Notes: generated by a model from the sequence alone, not told the origin. Shown: positions 13,440 through 31,943, counted from the stretch's first letter. The stretch is DNA of 64,000 nt from the human T2T-CHM13v2.0 reference genome, Homo sapiens (GCF_009914755.1 NC_060925.1); one strand, 5' to 3'. Made by a program: numbers and translations.

Positions 13440-14340
13440 GTTAAATGTACCAGGGCAAATGCAAGCCAGATATTTAGGCTCAAGGGTGCATTTCATGCAG
13501 TACAAAATGGGGAACTGCTGACTTGCAAACAGTTCCTATGAAGAGACTTGTGGTTTTTAGATAATTTCAAGTTTGACAAGGATGAGATGTCGCTACTAGG
13601 AAAGCTTTTGTGCAACTTTAAGGTGCACAGATGACACTATTCCTTGTGCCCAGATAAGGGGCAGCATTCCCACCCCATCGCGTGATGAAGACACTGCAGC
13701 TGCCAGTTTCCATTGCTTGCTTGGGAAGGCAGTGGTTACCCTCTGTTCTGTCCTGGCCCAGCTACATCTGCAGGGCTGGATTCAGTTTAGGGCACTTTTT
13801 TTTTTTTAATTTTCTTTTAAAAGACAAGGAGGTCTTGCTATGTTGCCCAGGCTAGACAGGAACTCCTGCAATCCTCCCACACAGCTGTAACTACAGGTGT
13901 GTGCCACTGTACCCTGCTAAGGCACTGGGTTTTAAAAGCCTTGAATGAGTTAGCATTCATCTGCTTAAAAGGTCTGAACACCCTGACACCAAGAAATGGG
14001 AGAGAACTAGGGCTATCCAGGCCTGGCGGTGGTGGGTGGGGAGGGATGTGTGTGTGCTAGGGGAGACACAAGAGATTCTGGCAGGGCTCTGAAGGCCTGC
14101 TGTCTGCCAGGGGAACAGACCCAACCTATGTCGCTGTAGATGGCAGAGGGGGGACCGAGCAGTGAGAGAACATCACGGCTCACTGGGCTGGACTCGGTCT
14201 GTTCTGATAGAGCTGTCCCTGACAGGCATCTGCTCACAAAGCAATGTGGTCTGGGAGACCGACGGGTCTGAGAAAACGGGTGGCATCTGACAAGGGGGGG
14301 GGGCGGTCTAGGTGAGGGCAACAGTCCAGAACCTGCTGCC
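13440..14340 (+). mobile_element. L3/CR1 LINE remnant with an Alu fragment (13796-13920)
   Basis: CR1-like segments (AGTACAAAATGGGG..., GGATTCAGTTTAGGGCAC); highly diverged. Confidence 0.5.
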
Positions 14341-15400
14341 TCCCAAGTCATAACAGTAAATATCTGCAGAAAAAAGACATCTGGTTCTGGCAAGGCTGTT
14401 TTACTGAGGACTAGTGGAAAAGAGGGAGAGAAATGCTAGAAAGACCGGCTTCTCTGCTCCCATCTGTCTTGGCATGCTCTGGCAAGTCATCCTGAGGAAT
14501 CTCGACCCTCAGACCCCAGGGGGTCTCCATAAAACAGGAGTAGTGAGAGTGCCCATGAGCTTGAGAGTCACAGTTCTCATTTCAGGTCTAATAAACACAC
14601 CAACCTCGGCAGCACTGGAGCGTCTGCTGGAACATCATCTTTATCTGCCACTAGCAAAACCCTGGTGCCAAGACGACGGGGTGGGCTGTCTGCTCAACAG
14701 GAGCTGGGGAGCACCCTCAGGAGGGAGGGGGCTCCATCCACCCAGCTTCAAAAAGAACTTTTGCATGCTGGCCCCCGGGGACTGTGTGTTCTCCCAGACG
14801 TGAAGGTGGTTACTGTGCCTAGGCTCAGGGCTGGGTGGAGTCAGCTCGGCAGGCAGGGAAGCCTGGGGGTTGGATGGAAATGAATGAGGTCCTTCCAGCA
14901 AATCAGAGTCTCTCCTCCTCCCCGGCTCCATGTGGACGGCAGATTCCCGGCCACCCTAGGGAAGGGATGAGGGTTTTGAGCTCACTGTGGGCCCCATTTT
15001 AAATGGGCACCAACAGCCCAAAGAGAGGCCGCGGCCATCGGCAAAGGTCCTGGGTCACCTGGGCAAGTCCAGTCACATCAGCAATTTGGCCTCTTGGTTA
15101 CCATCTTTGTGTTTCAGAATCAAGAGCCATCTTAAAACAAACAGGCGAAACCCCTTGGCCAACAAAGGTAGGAGAGGTCGGGTGGAGGAGAGGGCTGGGT
15201 CTTGCAGTGTGCGACACTGTCCCCAGGAGCAGACTGATCCCCTAGAACACAGGCCCCCTCAGCCCATGGCAGGGAAGCTGAGCCCACGTAAATGGCCACG
15301 CAGCGGCTGGGGAGGGAAGGAGAAAGGTGCTTGGGGAGTGAGGGGCACAGGGCTCGGTGCACCCGGCCGTATTTCCACAGCCCCCTTGCCCGCCCCTGCT

Positions 15401-15480
15401 CACTCCCCTCCACACCTGGTCAGGGTCGGCTCGGTGGCAATACCAACCCACCAAAAACAGAACCATTTGTGCACTGCATA
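15401..15480. repeat. Dispersed direct repeat, copy 2 (80 nt)
   Basis: 75/80 identical to 13028-13107. Confidence 0.95.
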
Positions 15481-16147
15481 TATTATTACATCCTTATAAA
15501 AGTGGCTGCCGGAAGGAAAACATTTTCATGTGTTGTGGCTGCAGATGTTCCACGAGGTGGTTCCAATGGCGTCTGAAGCCGGAGCCTGGCCCGTGTGTCC
15601 CCAGCAGGCGCCTCTCCTCCTCCCCATGGCCCTAACACAGGCAAGTGTTTGGAAGCTGGCAGCCTTTCCCCCAGAGGGGATGTATTACACCTCCCACTGC
15701 CACGTGGCATCTTCTAGCGCGACCCGCAGGGCGTGGCCCTAAGGCATGGGCCCCACTCACCGGCGCTGAGGCCCCGCAGCTCCTGTGCTGCAGCCCGAGA
15801 GGAAAGGGCCTGGGCTTGTCTAGGCCTCCATGTCTTTGCCTTCACCTCGCACTAAATAAACAAATGTACACAAAAGGCCTAGAGCGGGACTTGCCAGAAT
15901 GGCAGCTCTCACCGATTGTCAAAGCACAGCTCCATCCCCAGCACTCTTCTGGCCTCTGGCATCCTCCTGGTCACCACACTGTGCTGTGGGTTGGAGGTCA
16001 GGACCCGGCGTGCAGCCAGGCCAGAAGATGGTGGTCAGACGGCTTCCCAGGGAAAGTTACGGTTGCCCAGTTTAGGAAAATTTTGAATCTAGAATTGTAC
16101 ATATTCAAAAAGCCTCTCCTTGCAAGATATATGGTAGTAGCAGTAAT

Positions 16148-17120
<973 letters not shown>

Positions 17121-18989
17121 TATTATCTTTCAAAATGGGCATTATCAACACTGAGTTTCAAAGAGGTGGAGGTCTGTCTAGGTCACACAGCTGGAAAGTT
17201 CCTGAGCTAGGATCTGAATCAAGGTCTGGGTGATTCTGAAACCTGCTTCCTTTTATGAGATCTCTCTGCTGGCTCAATTTCACATACATCCTTTACCAGA
17301 AAACTGAAGGACAAACCACAATCCAGGGCTCAGAAAACCTGAGCAGGGTCCATCCCTGCCTCAGCCGCCTCCTGCCAGGGATCTCCGGTCCCTTCGTCTC
17401 CTGTTTCCGCCCTTCACAGCACGGGATGGTTGTGGGGAGCCTGTCTCAGGCCAGCTTTCCTTCTCAGCCAGGCACTGGTCACTCCACCCCAGGTCATCTG
17501 GCAAAAACCCAGACGCCCCTTGAAGCTGCGCTGCTCAAGCATCTCCACCCCTGAACCCAGGCAACCCCACAGGACACGAGGAGCGGGTGTGCAGCTGCAG
17601 CCAGGCCTCCCCAGCGAGCGTGCACTCCTGGAACTGCCAAGCTGGGCCCGGCCCACCCTCTGTTCCCTGCATCTGGAAGGGCAATGGGCTTCTTCCCTGT
17701 GACAAAAATATACTGCCTGGCCTAACTGCCAAACGCAAGTCAAAGAGGATGTTCCTGCTAGGATACACAGGCAAGTGCCTCTACTGGGGATTTACTGCCT
17801 GAAGATATATTGGGGGTGTCTCTGCTGAGTGGGGAGAGACTGCTCACTAGCCAATGACCTGCCTGATCTCCCCACTCAACAAAACATTCCACCTTCATTT
17901 CTAAATATTTAGAAGCTGAGAAAATATCAAACGAACATCTGCAGGGCCCTTCCCCGGATGGGAAACCTTGGATCTCTTTCCAGAGATTTACAATCTCGCC
18001 TCTTTCCCACGTCTCTGCTGTCACATAGGAGAAGTGACCTCTCAGTACAACTTCCTTTTCAACATTTTGGAACTTGGGGCTTGCAACCTTTTTTCGCTTG
18101 CTCTACAACCCTCCCATGGGGGGCCACGTGGCAGTGTACCAGAGGGTACCTTCTGCCCGCCTTTCCTCACACACATCCACAAGCCTGGGCAGGAAGGTAT
18201 GATCCGGCCGGCCTGCGGCTCACCTTCACTCCGACAGCCTCACTGCTGCGGGAATTTGCCAGAATACTTTAGCTGTTTACCTTGTCTTCCAGTTGACGTC
18301 CCTGAGAAACATCTTTTGGTGGTTGGAGGTGGGAGAAGTAAAAGCCGAAAATGATGGAGGCAGGGCTAGGTGGAGGCAGCATCGCCTGGTCTGGCTGTGT
18401 TCTGGCTGGCTGGCAGGCCACGTGCCCAGGAGAGTGGCGCTCTGCCCCGGCCACTGGCCTACCACCAGCCGCCTACACTGGGGCACGAGTGGGCACAGGG
18501 CATAGCCTGATGTGCCCACGGAAGGGACCCCTGCGAGGTGCCAGCAAGCCAAAGCTGGCGGCCTTCTCCAGATGGGCCGTGGGAAACAGGAAGACAAGGG
18601 TGCGCCCGGGGCCACACACAGGGAAGGGCAGCTGCCGCTGCTGCCGGGGTGAGGCAGGCTGGGCCACAGGACCCTGGGAAAGCTGAGGACCCATGGGGCC
18701 TTGCTGAGGGTGCTGATGCTGGCTGGGATGGCTCTTGGGGCTAGGGCCTGGCACTGTGGGCCTGGGGAGACAGCTCCAAAACCAAGCAGCCTTCCTTCCT
18801 GACACACGTGGGGCAAGGGCATGTGAGCGTGGGTGACCTGGATGAGGCCAGGTTTCCAGAGGAAAAACCCAGGCCCAGGTTGCTGTAAGGACTGTGTAAG
18901 GAGGAACTCGAGGGAGGGGCTCTCATCTGACCCCCACCTCACATCTTGGTCGTCCAGCCCCTGACCACGCCGCCACTCCAGAATGCCCC

Positions 18990-19270
18990 CCAGCCTGCCC
19001 CTCTTCCCCTGCCCTTCTGTTTCTGCCCTTGCCACCTCATGCCTCAGACTGACACTAGCTTCTTCACTGACCTCTCTGCTGCAGGGCTGTCCCCTCTGAC
19101 CCTCCCAGGGCTGCCTGATCCAGGCCCTTGTCATCTCTCTCCTTGATGACTGTAACAGCTTCCCCCTGACCACCCATCCCCCAAGCCGACTGGCAGAGCC
19201 ACCTTCTGAAAACACAGATCCAATCAGATCATTGGACTCCCTAGAAACCTCAAAGCCCTCCTGACAGCCT
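18990..19270 (+). mobile_element. L2 remnant
   Basis: Pyrimidine-rich L2-like text (CATCTCTCTCCTTGATGACTGTAACAGCTTCC...AAAACACAGATC). Confidence 0.5.
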
Positions 19271-20711
19271 CTAGTAGTGAACACACCCCAGTGGCCAAGT
19301 GGCTTCCAGCAGGAGATCATCCTGAAAGACAAAGGCACACCTGCGGGAGGGGCCCAGAGGGCAGCGCTGCTCAGCACACACCTGGGGAGCCTTGACGCCG
19401 TGTGCGGCTCTGCAGGGTTGATCCTGCTTGCGGGGCCTGCTTGCTCCTGAGGCTACAGGTCCACTGCAGCTGCTCATGCCGGCTGCTGAGACAGAGTCCT
19501 GTCTACACTGAGCTGACTGCTCCATGCACTTCCATCTGACTATTTAGCAGTCACCGAATGGCAGGCACAGAGGACGAATTAAGACCAAAACAGTTGTGGC
19601 ATGGTAGAAAGTAGCATATTTTTTTCTCACCAGGCAAATCTGGGTTCACATCCCAGCTTTGCTTCTTACTGGTTAAATTATATGGGCAAATTATTTAAGT
19701 TTGAACTTCAGTTTCCTCACCTGTTAAATGAGAATAACTTGACCTTGGTTACAATCTAATCCAAGGGGACAGCCTGCAAACCATGCATGTTCATGCTCAC
19801 TGAGCTGCTCACTTCTCCCAGAACCCTTCGCCTCCCATCCAAACAAGCACAGGCGTTTTTCCAAGGCTCCTCTGGGACCCGTAGCCAAGCTCTGCAACCC
19901 TCACTTCCCCTGTTTGCTCAGAAGCTGTGCATCATTAACTTAGATTTGTCTACCTCATTGCAATCCCTCCCCCTTCTGTAGTTACTTACATTGGAACCCA
20001 GCCCCAGCTTTAATGCACCTCAAATGAATGATGTGGTGATCGGCCGTTAGAATGATGGCAGAGCATTAATTTCCTCATTAAAGCCCCCAGAGCAAAAGGC
20101 AACGCAAACAAAGTCCGAAGCCCTGGCCAAGGTGTGCTGAGGACAGGCACTCATCAGGCCTGGGTTTAGCTTGGCAGGAGACACTGCTCACGGCAAGCCG
20201 GAACCAGACTCTGGCCATGGGCTGACAGCTCTGATTTAAACTATTAGGAGGGCTGAGGATTAAATATTTGTCCAGGTCACTGTAAACCGGGTGGAATTAT
20301 CAACAGCCTGGAGTGGTAAGTGATACAGGAAGCAGTCTCTGGATACAGATTCAGGATTTTCCACCCACTCCCCAGGTGGCAGGATGTGGGAGAGTCAGGC
20401 TGCAGGGGAGCTGGCTGCCTGGGGGTTTGGCTGTTCCTCCCTAGCCAATGGCCCCTGGAAGATAGGAGTCCACTTCCACGCAAAAAGGCTAAGTGCCCCC
20501 TGTGTGCACTAGTGAGTAGTCCTGGGATGGGACTGTGACATCCCTGCCCAGAGGCCAAAAAGAGGACCGCAACATCCCTTCTGGCCTCCAGCCCCTCTGA
20601 CACAGGAGAGGCAGTGGAGCTTCTATAGGTGGAGGGAGGGTCCCAGGTATGACGGCTGACATTCACCTTGCGCCACTATTTTTTCAATGCATGTAGATGT
20701 TGTTGTAACTA

Positions 20712-21148
<437 letters not shown>

Positions 21149-21606
21149 TCACAGTGGACAGTCAGGGACTGCTGGAACTGAGAACGGAAGGGCATCCTTG
21201 CAGAAAGTGGCGCCCCGCTGAGGCTCTCAAGGCTGTGCCGTTTCTGCCAATACCGACTTCTCCGAAGGCAAAGAGGGGTCCTTGTGAAACCCAGTTGTGC
21301 TTGGTCTATGCTTTCTCTTCCCCCTTTACGCCAAGCATCTTGTGGCACTGCACTGGCACAGGTTTAAGGCCTTCTCTTGGGATGGGAATGTAAAGGGTCC
21401 TGAACATGGACCTTTATACAAGGTTCTTAAACCCACCCAGATGCTTATGGGAGCATCTAAGGTAGAAGGGCGGGCAAGTTTGCTCAGGGGAGGCAGTACC
21501 TTCCAGTCCAAGTCCAAGTTTGCCTTAGACAGAACCTGGGAACAACATCGTGGAGAAGGGTTGCTAGTGATACCCAAACAAAAGATGGATAAGAGAGAGG
21601 TATCCA

Positions 21607-21772
21607 GTAGGGCACTTCTGAAATTTCAATGTGCACACATTACCTGGGCAATTTTGTGAAAACAGAGATCCTGATATGCTAGGTCTGGGTGGGACCTGAT
21701 ATTTCTGCCTTTCTGACAAGCTCTTTGGTGATGCTGATGCTGGTCCTTGGACTACTCTGAGGGCAGCAAGGT
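21607..21772. mobile_element. MER5A-like hAT-Charlie MITE
   Basis: TTCTGAAATTTCAATGTGCA...CTGCCTTTCTGACAAGCTC...GGTGATGCTGATGCTGGTCC. Confidence 0.75.
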
Positions 21773-22171
21773 GCAGACACTCTGAGCTCAGGTAAGCTGC
21801 TCCCAGAGAGCTGGCCTGACTGATGGGCTGGGCATGGCCACAGAGACGGCAAACAGGGCCAAGCACCACTTCTCACAGCACAACATGAGCTGAAGCATGG
21901 GGATGTGCGGGGCCCTGAGGGGTAAGGAGGAGCCACAGCCAGCACCCGGCCTCCCTCAGCAGGAGGCCAGCAGAGTGCCAGCAGCTGTGGGCAACCTTGC
22001 ACAGCCCAGAGAGCTTTTATTTGAAAATGCAAAGCCCTACTTAGATGGTGGATTTATAGCTGGCTGAACATGCTTACCCTAAATGGGGCACCTGCTCACT
22101 CATCTCTGCAGGTCAGCACTGAGGCCAGCACCTGTGGGCACTGGCAAGTGGCTATGAGCGGGTAACTCTAC

Positions 22172-22789
<618 letters not shown>

Positions 22790-22859
22790 TGACTACTGCA
22801 GACTTATCTTTATCCAAATGGCTTTGAGGCATTTCTCAGAATTAGGGGTTCAGAGATCA

Positions 22860-23126
<267 letters not shown>

Positions 23127-23674
23127 TTAGATGCTAAAGGACAGATCATCAGCCTGGGTCCCAGGCTGCTGCTCAGCAAAGATTCTGGGATTCAGGGCCC
23201 TCCCTGCGACAGTTATGGGAGCCGATCCTTGGGTGTGTTCTGATCGTTCTGTGGCTGGGGGAGGGGGTGCAGCATTCCTGGGGGTGTAGTAGGTTTAGGC
23301 GTCATAAAGATGAATCTGAGGTTGGACTCTGCCACCTCCTCTATCTGTGTGGTCTTTGGCTTACTGAACCTCTCTGGGCGTCACACTCCTCCCAGATAAA
23401 GAATGCAGCACGACTGACATCCAGTGACAATCCATGCAGGCCATGACTACTGGAGTCACCACGGTTGTTCGATATTTCTGTCTTTTGGGATATTTTACAG
23501 GGCAGATGAGAAAATACAGCAACAAACTCCCTACACCCTGATCCCTCCTGAGCCTGGCAGACCAGGGCTCCAGTTGGTCTTTCGGAGCAACCTCCTACAA
23601 AGCGCTAGCCGGAAATGAAGGGCTCAGCTTGAGACAGTGCTTCCTCCTCAAATCCGACGCAATGCAAAAACATC

Positions 23675-23974
<300 letters not shown>

Positions 23975-24639
23975 CAGAAACATTTCTAATTATAATCAAA
24001 TGGAAGAGGGATTTCTAATTACGATCAAATGGAAGAGGGAACGAAAAGGTTAGATGAGAAATGGGAATCAGTCTGGGATCCCAAACCCAACAGACCCAGG
24101 TCAACTACTGTGGCTCACTGGGACTGCCGTGAGCAGAGGTGAGGGGTGGAGTCAGCTGATGGGAACCGCAAATGCTGTTGATAACCAACAAAAACTATGC
24201 GAAATCTCATTTCTTGTGGCGAAAGTCTGTAGCCTCTCCGACCCCAATTAAGCCCCAAAGAGAGAAATCTCATCTCTCGTGGTGAGCACATCTTTATCAG
24301 AAAGTCTGGGGCCTCTCTGACACCTATTAAGCCCCAAAGCCACGGTGTGGCAGGTGCATTCTGGGAGCACCCTGCCCTCAGCCCTGGACAGCTGGGAAGG
24401 TGGGCCGCAGAGTGCACTGGGTGGGTACAGGCTTGGGAGTCAGACAGACCCAATGACAGCTCTAGCACGCCCAGCTATGAGTTATGCTCATGCATGCATG
24501 CGTCCAACAACTATTTACTAAGGGACCAGCGGTGTGAATATGGGCCTCAGGGACTTAATCTACTTTCTACGGCTGTTGAGAGACAAAAACAATTAGGAAA
24601 AGTAGACACCTGCCAAACGGTTAATGTAAAATTAAGTAC

Positions 24640-24820
24640 TAGAAATTAACATGTATCTGTAGATTATGTCTCACCAAAGCTATTATATAACAAAAAATAC
24701 ACATTTACAGAATGTGGGTGATGGGTATACAAGAATTCTCTGTACTCTTTTTTTTTTTTTTTTTTTTTTGCAATTTTACAGTAAGTCATACCATTCCAAA
24801 CTAAAAAGCTTTTGTGAAAA
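24640..24820 (+). mobile_element. Old L1M 3'-end fragment
   Basis: TGGGTGATGGGTATACAAGAATTCTCTGTACT...TTGCAATTTT...GTAAGTC resembles L1M 3'UTR ends. Confidence 0.55.
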
Positions 24821-27582
24821 ATCAGTACACGAATACACCGGAGTGTAATGTAACTAAGAGACCACCAGACCAAGAAAGCAAGGCATCCTCCCAGGAGAAT
24901 GAGGGTGCCCTGGCTGGTCTGCCCTCACTCCAACCCGCAGACCTGCGGAGCATCCAGGGGGCCGATACTCAGGTGGGCTACCCTTGGCCCCCTGCCCAGG
25001 GCTCCCTCAGGCAGGCTGCGGCCAGCCCCTGCGGCAGGACCACATCCTGTCCCATTCCCCTCTCCGGCACTACCCACTATGATTAAGCTCTCAAACCGAG
25101 TACACCATGGTGTGTCCACGGGTGAGTCTACAGGAGGGCAGATGAGGGCAGGGCTGTCTGGCTAACCAAGTGTCACTCAGGGAACACCTGTCGGATGGAG
25201 GTGTCAGGTGTCAGATGCTGAGCCCATCGCTGGTCAAACTGCGCAGGGTGGGGAAGGGTCTGGCTCTGGCCAGGTGCAGCACAGGCATCCTTTCCTACGA
25301 GAGGAAAAGGACCACTGGATGAACAGACACACCTGTGAGGCCCAGAGCTCACTGCTGGCAGAGGTGATGTCCAGGAAACCGGCCAACACTGGCACTCAGA
25401 GATCCCACTCCAGAAGATCATTTCCTTTATTCCGGTCTGCTCCAAAGTCCCCATTCTTGGGGCGAGGCGAGGTAAGCAGATGAGTGTTTTGGTCCAGGGC
25501 CCAAAACCCCATCTGCCTCCATAGAGCCCTCCTGGTCTGGACCGGGCCCACACAGAGTTGGAGAGATCAGGCCATTCTGCAATGTTCCTGGAACACCTGG
25601 AGAGGGATGGACTGCCCCTGCTGGACCTGAGGGTTAGCAGGGCTCAGATGACTGGCAGCATGGGCTCCGTGAGCCTTTCTGGCTTGTTCTCCTGGATTCT
25701 TGCAAGTTAACTTACGAGGCACATCAATACTACCAACGGAAGAGCAACTCATAACAGACCTGCTAATACCCTTCCTGTTGGCAACAGATGGCTTGGTTCT
25801 AGCACACCGTTTTCCCTTTCAGTCGGCTTACAGGGAGAGCAGCCCCACATCAAAAGAGGGGGAAGAAAAACAAACAAAAAAACCCTACTTTGCTGGCAAA
25901 AAGGATGGGCCAATAATCCGTTCTTTCCTTCAGCCCTTCTGGAAAGAAGGCTTGCAGCCCAGGGGCATTTCATCCTTCCACTCCTTCACAGATCCATGCA
26001 GAGCTGCGGTGCTGTGCCTGCCCAAGGCTTGCTCTCCTCTGTGTGCTGGGACACTGGGGAGATGCAGGTCAGGATGCCCTGGAGGGGAACCAGGAGAAAT
26101 CCCGATGGCCTGACAGCCCTTGTCGACACCCTCCGGTGACCAGTTCAAAAGCACCAGGTGGCCCACGGCTGCTTCCCCTCAGTCCCATCCCTGAGCGTTT
26201 CATTTCTTCCAGAAAAATAAAACAACCGCATTAAAGTTTTATAGGGTGGAACTGGCCGTTTCCACTCCAATGTCCCACCCTGTGGCCTGGCTCCCACTAC
26301 GGGCAGCTTCTCCTTGGCGGGCCACGGTGACCAGGTCTAAAGTTTCAAATGCTGGAGCCAGGGGAGGTAAAAATGCAAGCTCAATTGTCACTCCTTGTGG
26401 GGTTACTATTCTTTTACCCACAATTTTAAAACTTACTGCAGGAACATTATTGTTTTTTAAAAAAGGAAATCTGAAAATTAGCCCACAATGCCATAAATCA
26501 ACTTATCCCATAAATCTGATTTTTCCAAATTCCCTTCCAGTCCAGATGCATGACTTTTATATAACTGTAAGCACAGCAAGAGTACCATGCTGAATTTGGC
26601 TTTTTACACTTGGCACAGAATCATTAGCATTTTTCCATGGAGCCGCATGATCTCCATAATCATTTTTAACAGCAAGGATAGTATTCAGTCGGGTAGTATC
26701 CTAATTTACCATCAATCTGACTTTTAATAAAGAAACAACGGCGACAGAGTTAGAGGCGGCGTGGTCAATCTCTCACTTCGAATCTGTTCCCTCTCTGAAT
26801 CGGGGTGTTCCAACTGAGGTGAGTCAGACGTGCTGAGACCTGGCCTCTGCAGGTACAGCTCAAACACTACAATAATTCAAGAATGGACTTGCATTCCATT
26901 CACCAAAAGGGATCTCCAGGGACTGGAGCAGCCACAAGTCTCAACCTGACATTCCGAGACAAAGGGAGCAGAGGACTGCATGGTTAGAAAGGCCTGTTTC
27001 AGAATTGCCCAGAAGCACCAGCCTCTCCTGCGAGTGCCATCAGGGCGCTCCGGCACCTTCAGGAGGGAGGTGACTGCAGGGCGCACAGACAGCGCCCCCG
27101 CTACATGGTTTATGGCTTTGCTCTGCGCGTGAAGCATTAATTAAAGGGGGACCACAACACGTTTTTGAAAATTTATTTCTTACCTACTGTACTTTGATCA
27201 TAATGATATGAAACAAGGAAAAAATAATTTTTATGTGGTTTGCATTTATGAGTTTTTACATAAAGGCTTTTGTGGGTATTTTAAGAATGTGCTAAAACGT
27301 TGTCTGAAACCACATAAAGCCATCTGAGGAGTCGCCCGCCAGAATTAACAGCACATACATGGAAGCAGTTTAACTGGTCTTTGTATATTTAATGAGTCAA
27401 ATAGTATTAATATTGTTTAAATGCTAACATGCTATTTCAATAAGGTGGCTCTACCATCGCCAGCGACTCACTCTCAGGCCTTGTACTTCCATGTGAGTGA
27501 ATGATCAAATGTGGCCAAGCGCTGAGAGCAGGCTGCAGAGGAATTAATCCGCCCTGCCCTGGCCCCTGCCCATGCCTGATAA

Positions 27583-28210
<628 letters not shown>

Positions 28211-28559
28211 CCGTGGAGGCCCAAAGAGAAATGCATGAGCTTTTCCTAGGCTTCTTTCCTAAATGGAAAGCCAGACAGCACGGGCAGCACAGGGCTGAAA
28301 TCAATCCCCACAGTCAAGAGGCTGAATGACATGCTCAAATCAGAGCTCCCCAGTGGCCAGGACAACACAGGGACTAGCTTGCAAAGACTGCAGAGAAGTC
28401 AACTTGGACAAGTGTTGAACCATGAAGTGGGGGGGCCTCAGAAGCTCCAGGAAGATGAGGAGGGGGTGAAATGACAGACCAACTTGGGAATGACTGGGAG
28501 CAAAGTGCTGGAGTCACCTGTTTGCTTGCGTCCACTGAAGAGCTAACTCTTTCAACTGA

Positions 28560-28883
<324 letters not shown>

Positions 28884-29819
28884 TAAACATCTGGTTGGGT
28901 TTTTGTCTATCGTCACCTTGGTCCCTAAACGTGGATCAGCTAAAAGCCTAATGTGTCAGTAATTCTCTTCTTCTCAGAGTTTTAGGTCGTTTCTCCCTGA
29001 AAATCACTCTTCCAGTTGAATAATGTCATAGTCACGGATATAGATTCTATGTCCGTAACTTTTCAACCACAGGACTTCTGGGGGGAAGGAGAAAAAAGGG
29101 AAAACATAATACTTCACACTCAAAATGACCTAATTCACAAAAGTAAAAAGAAAAGAAAATGTTTCAGCTCCAAAAGCTTTATGGAGTGTCTGAAGCTGAG
29201 GTGTGCGTGGGGTGGAAACGTGCTCGGGGAATCTGAGCTGTAACTATGAATGACCCAATTCCCAGGCCTGGCCAACACGGGGCTGCAAATCTAACAGGGA
29301 AAACAGGAGGGGAAGAAGGGGCTTTGAAGCTGCTCTTTACTCCTTCCTTTCACATCACCTCCTGGGAGAAGAGCTGGATTCGTGGCTCGAATACAAAGGC
29401 TCCCAACAGATAATGAGTACATGCCACATGCCACAAGAACCAAGGCCAGGACAGACCTGCTGGGAGCAGGGCTTTCCAGCATGAGCCAAGAAACAGACTC
29501 TGTGGTTCTAGGGTTCACTGAGACATGTCCTTCTGGCTATTAGTGGGCTGGGCCACACTCACAGGACTTGGACCTCTGGCCTGAGATACCTGTGACGCTG
29601 AGGCACAGGCAGCAGCCAAGTTAGGGGCATTATTAAGGTGAGCTCCATAGGTGCTGGAACAGGGCTTTCTCTTGCAGTCAACTTCACTGAATAAAGCCAA
29701 GGGAAAGGCAATATTTGGCACCAACACAGTGCAAAAGACTTTTTTCTTATTTGTAAAATCAAAGAGCTGGATCAGAGGCCAGCGTAGAGGGTCCTCCCAG
29801 TTCTGACATTCCAGGATTT

Positions 29820-30960
29820 GGTGGTTGCATCAGGGCCTGTATGAGGCAGACTGAGCACCACAGGGCAGGTTCCTAACATCTTAGTCTCTGTCAAACTGCT
29901 GCTTACACACCTCCAGTGACAGTGAACTCATTACATTCCTGAGGCAAACATTTCTGTTCTGAACAACTGAGACAGTTCTCTCTGGACTTGAGTGAAGACT
30001 TCTCACTACTGCCTTCCAGAATCACAAAAAAACAAGGACTTCATGCCCTTTCCTTGCATAGTCCTTTCAAACATTTAAAACTGGCTTACACCAAGATTTC
30101 TCTTTTCTGGCCTTCTCCTCCTTGTAATTCCTCATACGACTCAATACCTTGTTTATCCTTCTGAACATACTCCAGCTTGTCAATGTCCTTCATAAAAGAA
30201 CAGAAAACAATGCCCCAACTAAGTGTTAACCAATGCATAGCAGGGACCAGCACATCTCTTGGCAAACAGGCTACTCCTCCCTCCAGCACTCAAGACCAAA
30301 TTAGCTTTCATTAGCAATCACACCTAATCCATGCTACACATACTGAACTTGCAGTCATCTCAAATGGAGTATTTTTTCTTTTTTTTTTTCTCTCTTTTTT
30401 TGAGACAGGGTCTCGTTCTCTTGCCCAGGTTGGAGTGCAATGGCATGACCATGGCTCATTGCAGCCTCGACATTCTGGGCTCAAGTGATCCTCCCACCTC
30501 AGCCTCCTGAGTAGCTGGGACTACAGGTGCATGCCACCACACCTGGGTAATTTTAAATTTTTTTGTAGAGACAGGGTCTCGCTATGCTCAGGCAGGTCTT
30601 GAACTCCTGGGCTCAAGTAATCTTCCCACCTCGGCCTCCCAAAGTGCTGGGATTATAGGCATAAGTCACCGTGTACAGCTGAATATTTTTTCTTATGTGT
30701 TGCCATGAAAATACCTCTCACATCCTGGACTTGAGAACTTGGTAGACTGGACCCAAGAATATCACTTTCCACTCAAATCTGTGACAGATCACTCTCGTAG
30801 ACATGGCTTCAACATTTCAACGTCTCTTTTGGGATCCCGAAGCTGTTGTGATCTGTATTCTATCCAAGCCACTCTTCCCCCGAAGTCTTTATGCACAGGA
30901 ATATACGTGAAAGCAGGAGACTGTGCAAATGAGGATGTCACTGAGTTCCAGATCGCGTGG
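29820..30960 (-). mobile_element. L3/CR1 LINE remnant interrupted by AluJ (30372-30680, -)
   Basis: ORF 30086..30289 contains FCSFMKDIDKLEYVQK, resembling the CR1 ORF2 C-terminal motif FW.PHFKKDIDKLERVQR. Confidence 0.6.
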
Positions 30961-30988
30961 ATTTCCAGAAAGAGCACGGGCAGCCCTA

Positions 30989-31478
<490 letters not shown>

Positions 31479-31701
31479 TCAGGCTAAAAAATTTGAAGTG
31501 TTGATGTAACTGAAAAAAGCAGAATTCCTCTATGATCTGGTGCTAAGCTAGGAACCTGGGCCCTCAAACAGCTCCAACATGTAAGATTCCACGAGTCTTT
31601 CTTCTCCTACCCTATGTTCTCCCGTCACATGTATGGTGTGTTCTGCTTCTGGGATCTCACCAAGGAGTAGCAGCAAGACTTGGGACAAATAAGTGGTCTT
31701 A

Positions 31702-31913
<212 letters not shown>

Positions 31914-31943
31914 TCATACAGGCATGAGTTCAAACAAACTCCT

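Noticed and set aside
17899-17914. Perfect 16-bp palindrome TTCTAAATATTTAGAA
   Set aside because: About one such palindrome is expected by chance in 64 kb.
18277-19377. Longest ORF (366 aa, minus strand)
   Set aside because: Non-ATG start, no recognisable domain, GC-rich low-information composition, overlaps an L2 remnant; likely a chance intronic ORF.
30086-30289. ORF with an RT-like KDIDKLEYVQK motif
   Set aside because: Decayed L3/CR1 ORF2 fragment, not an intact gene.
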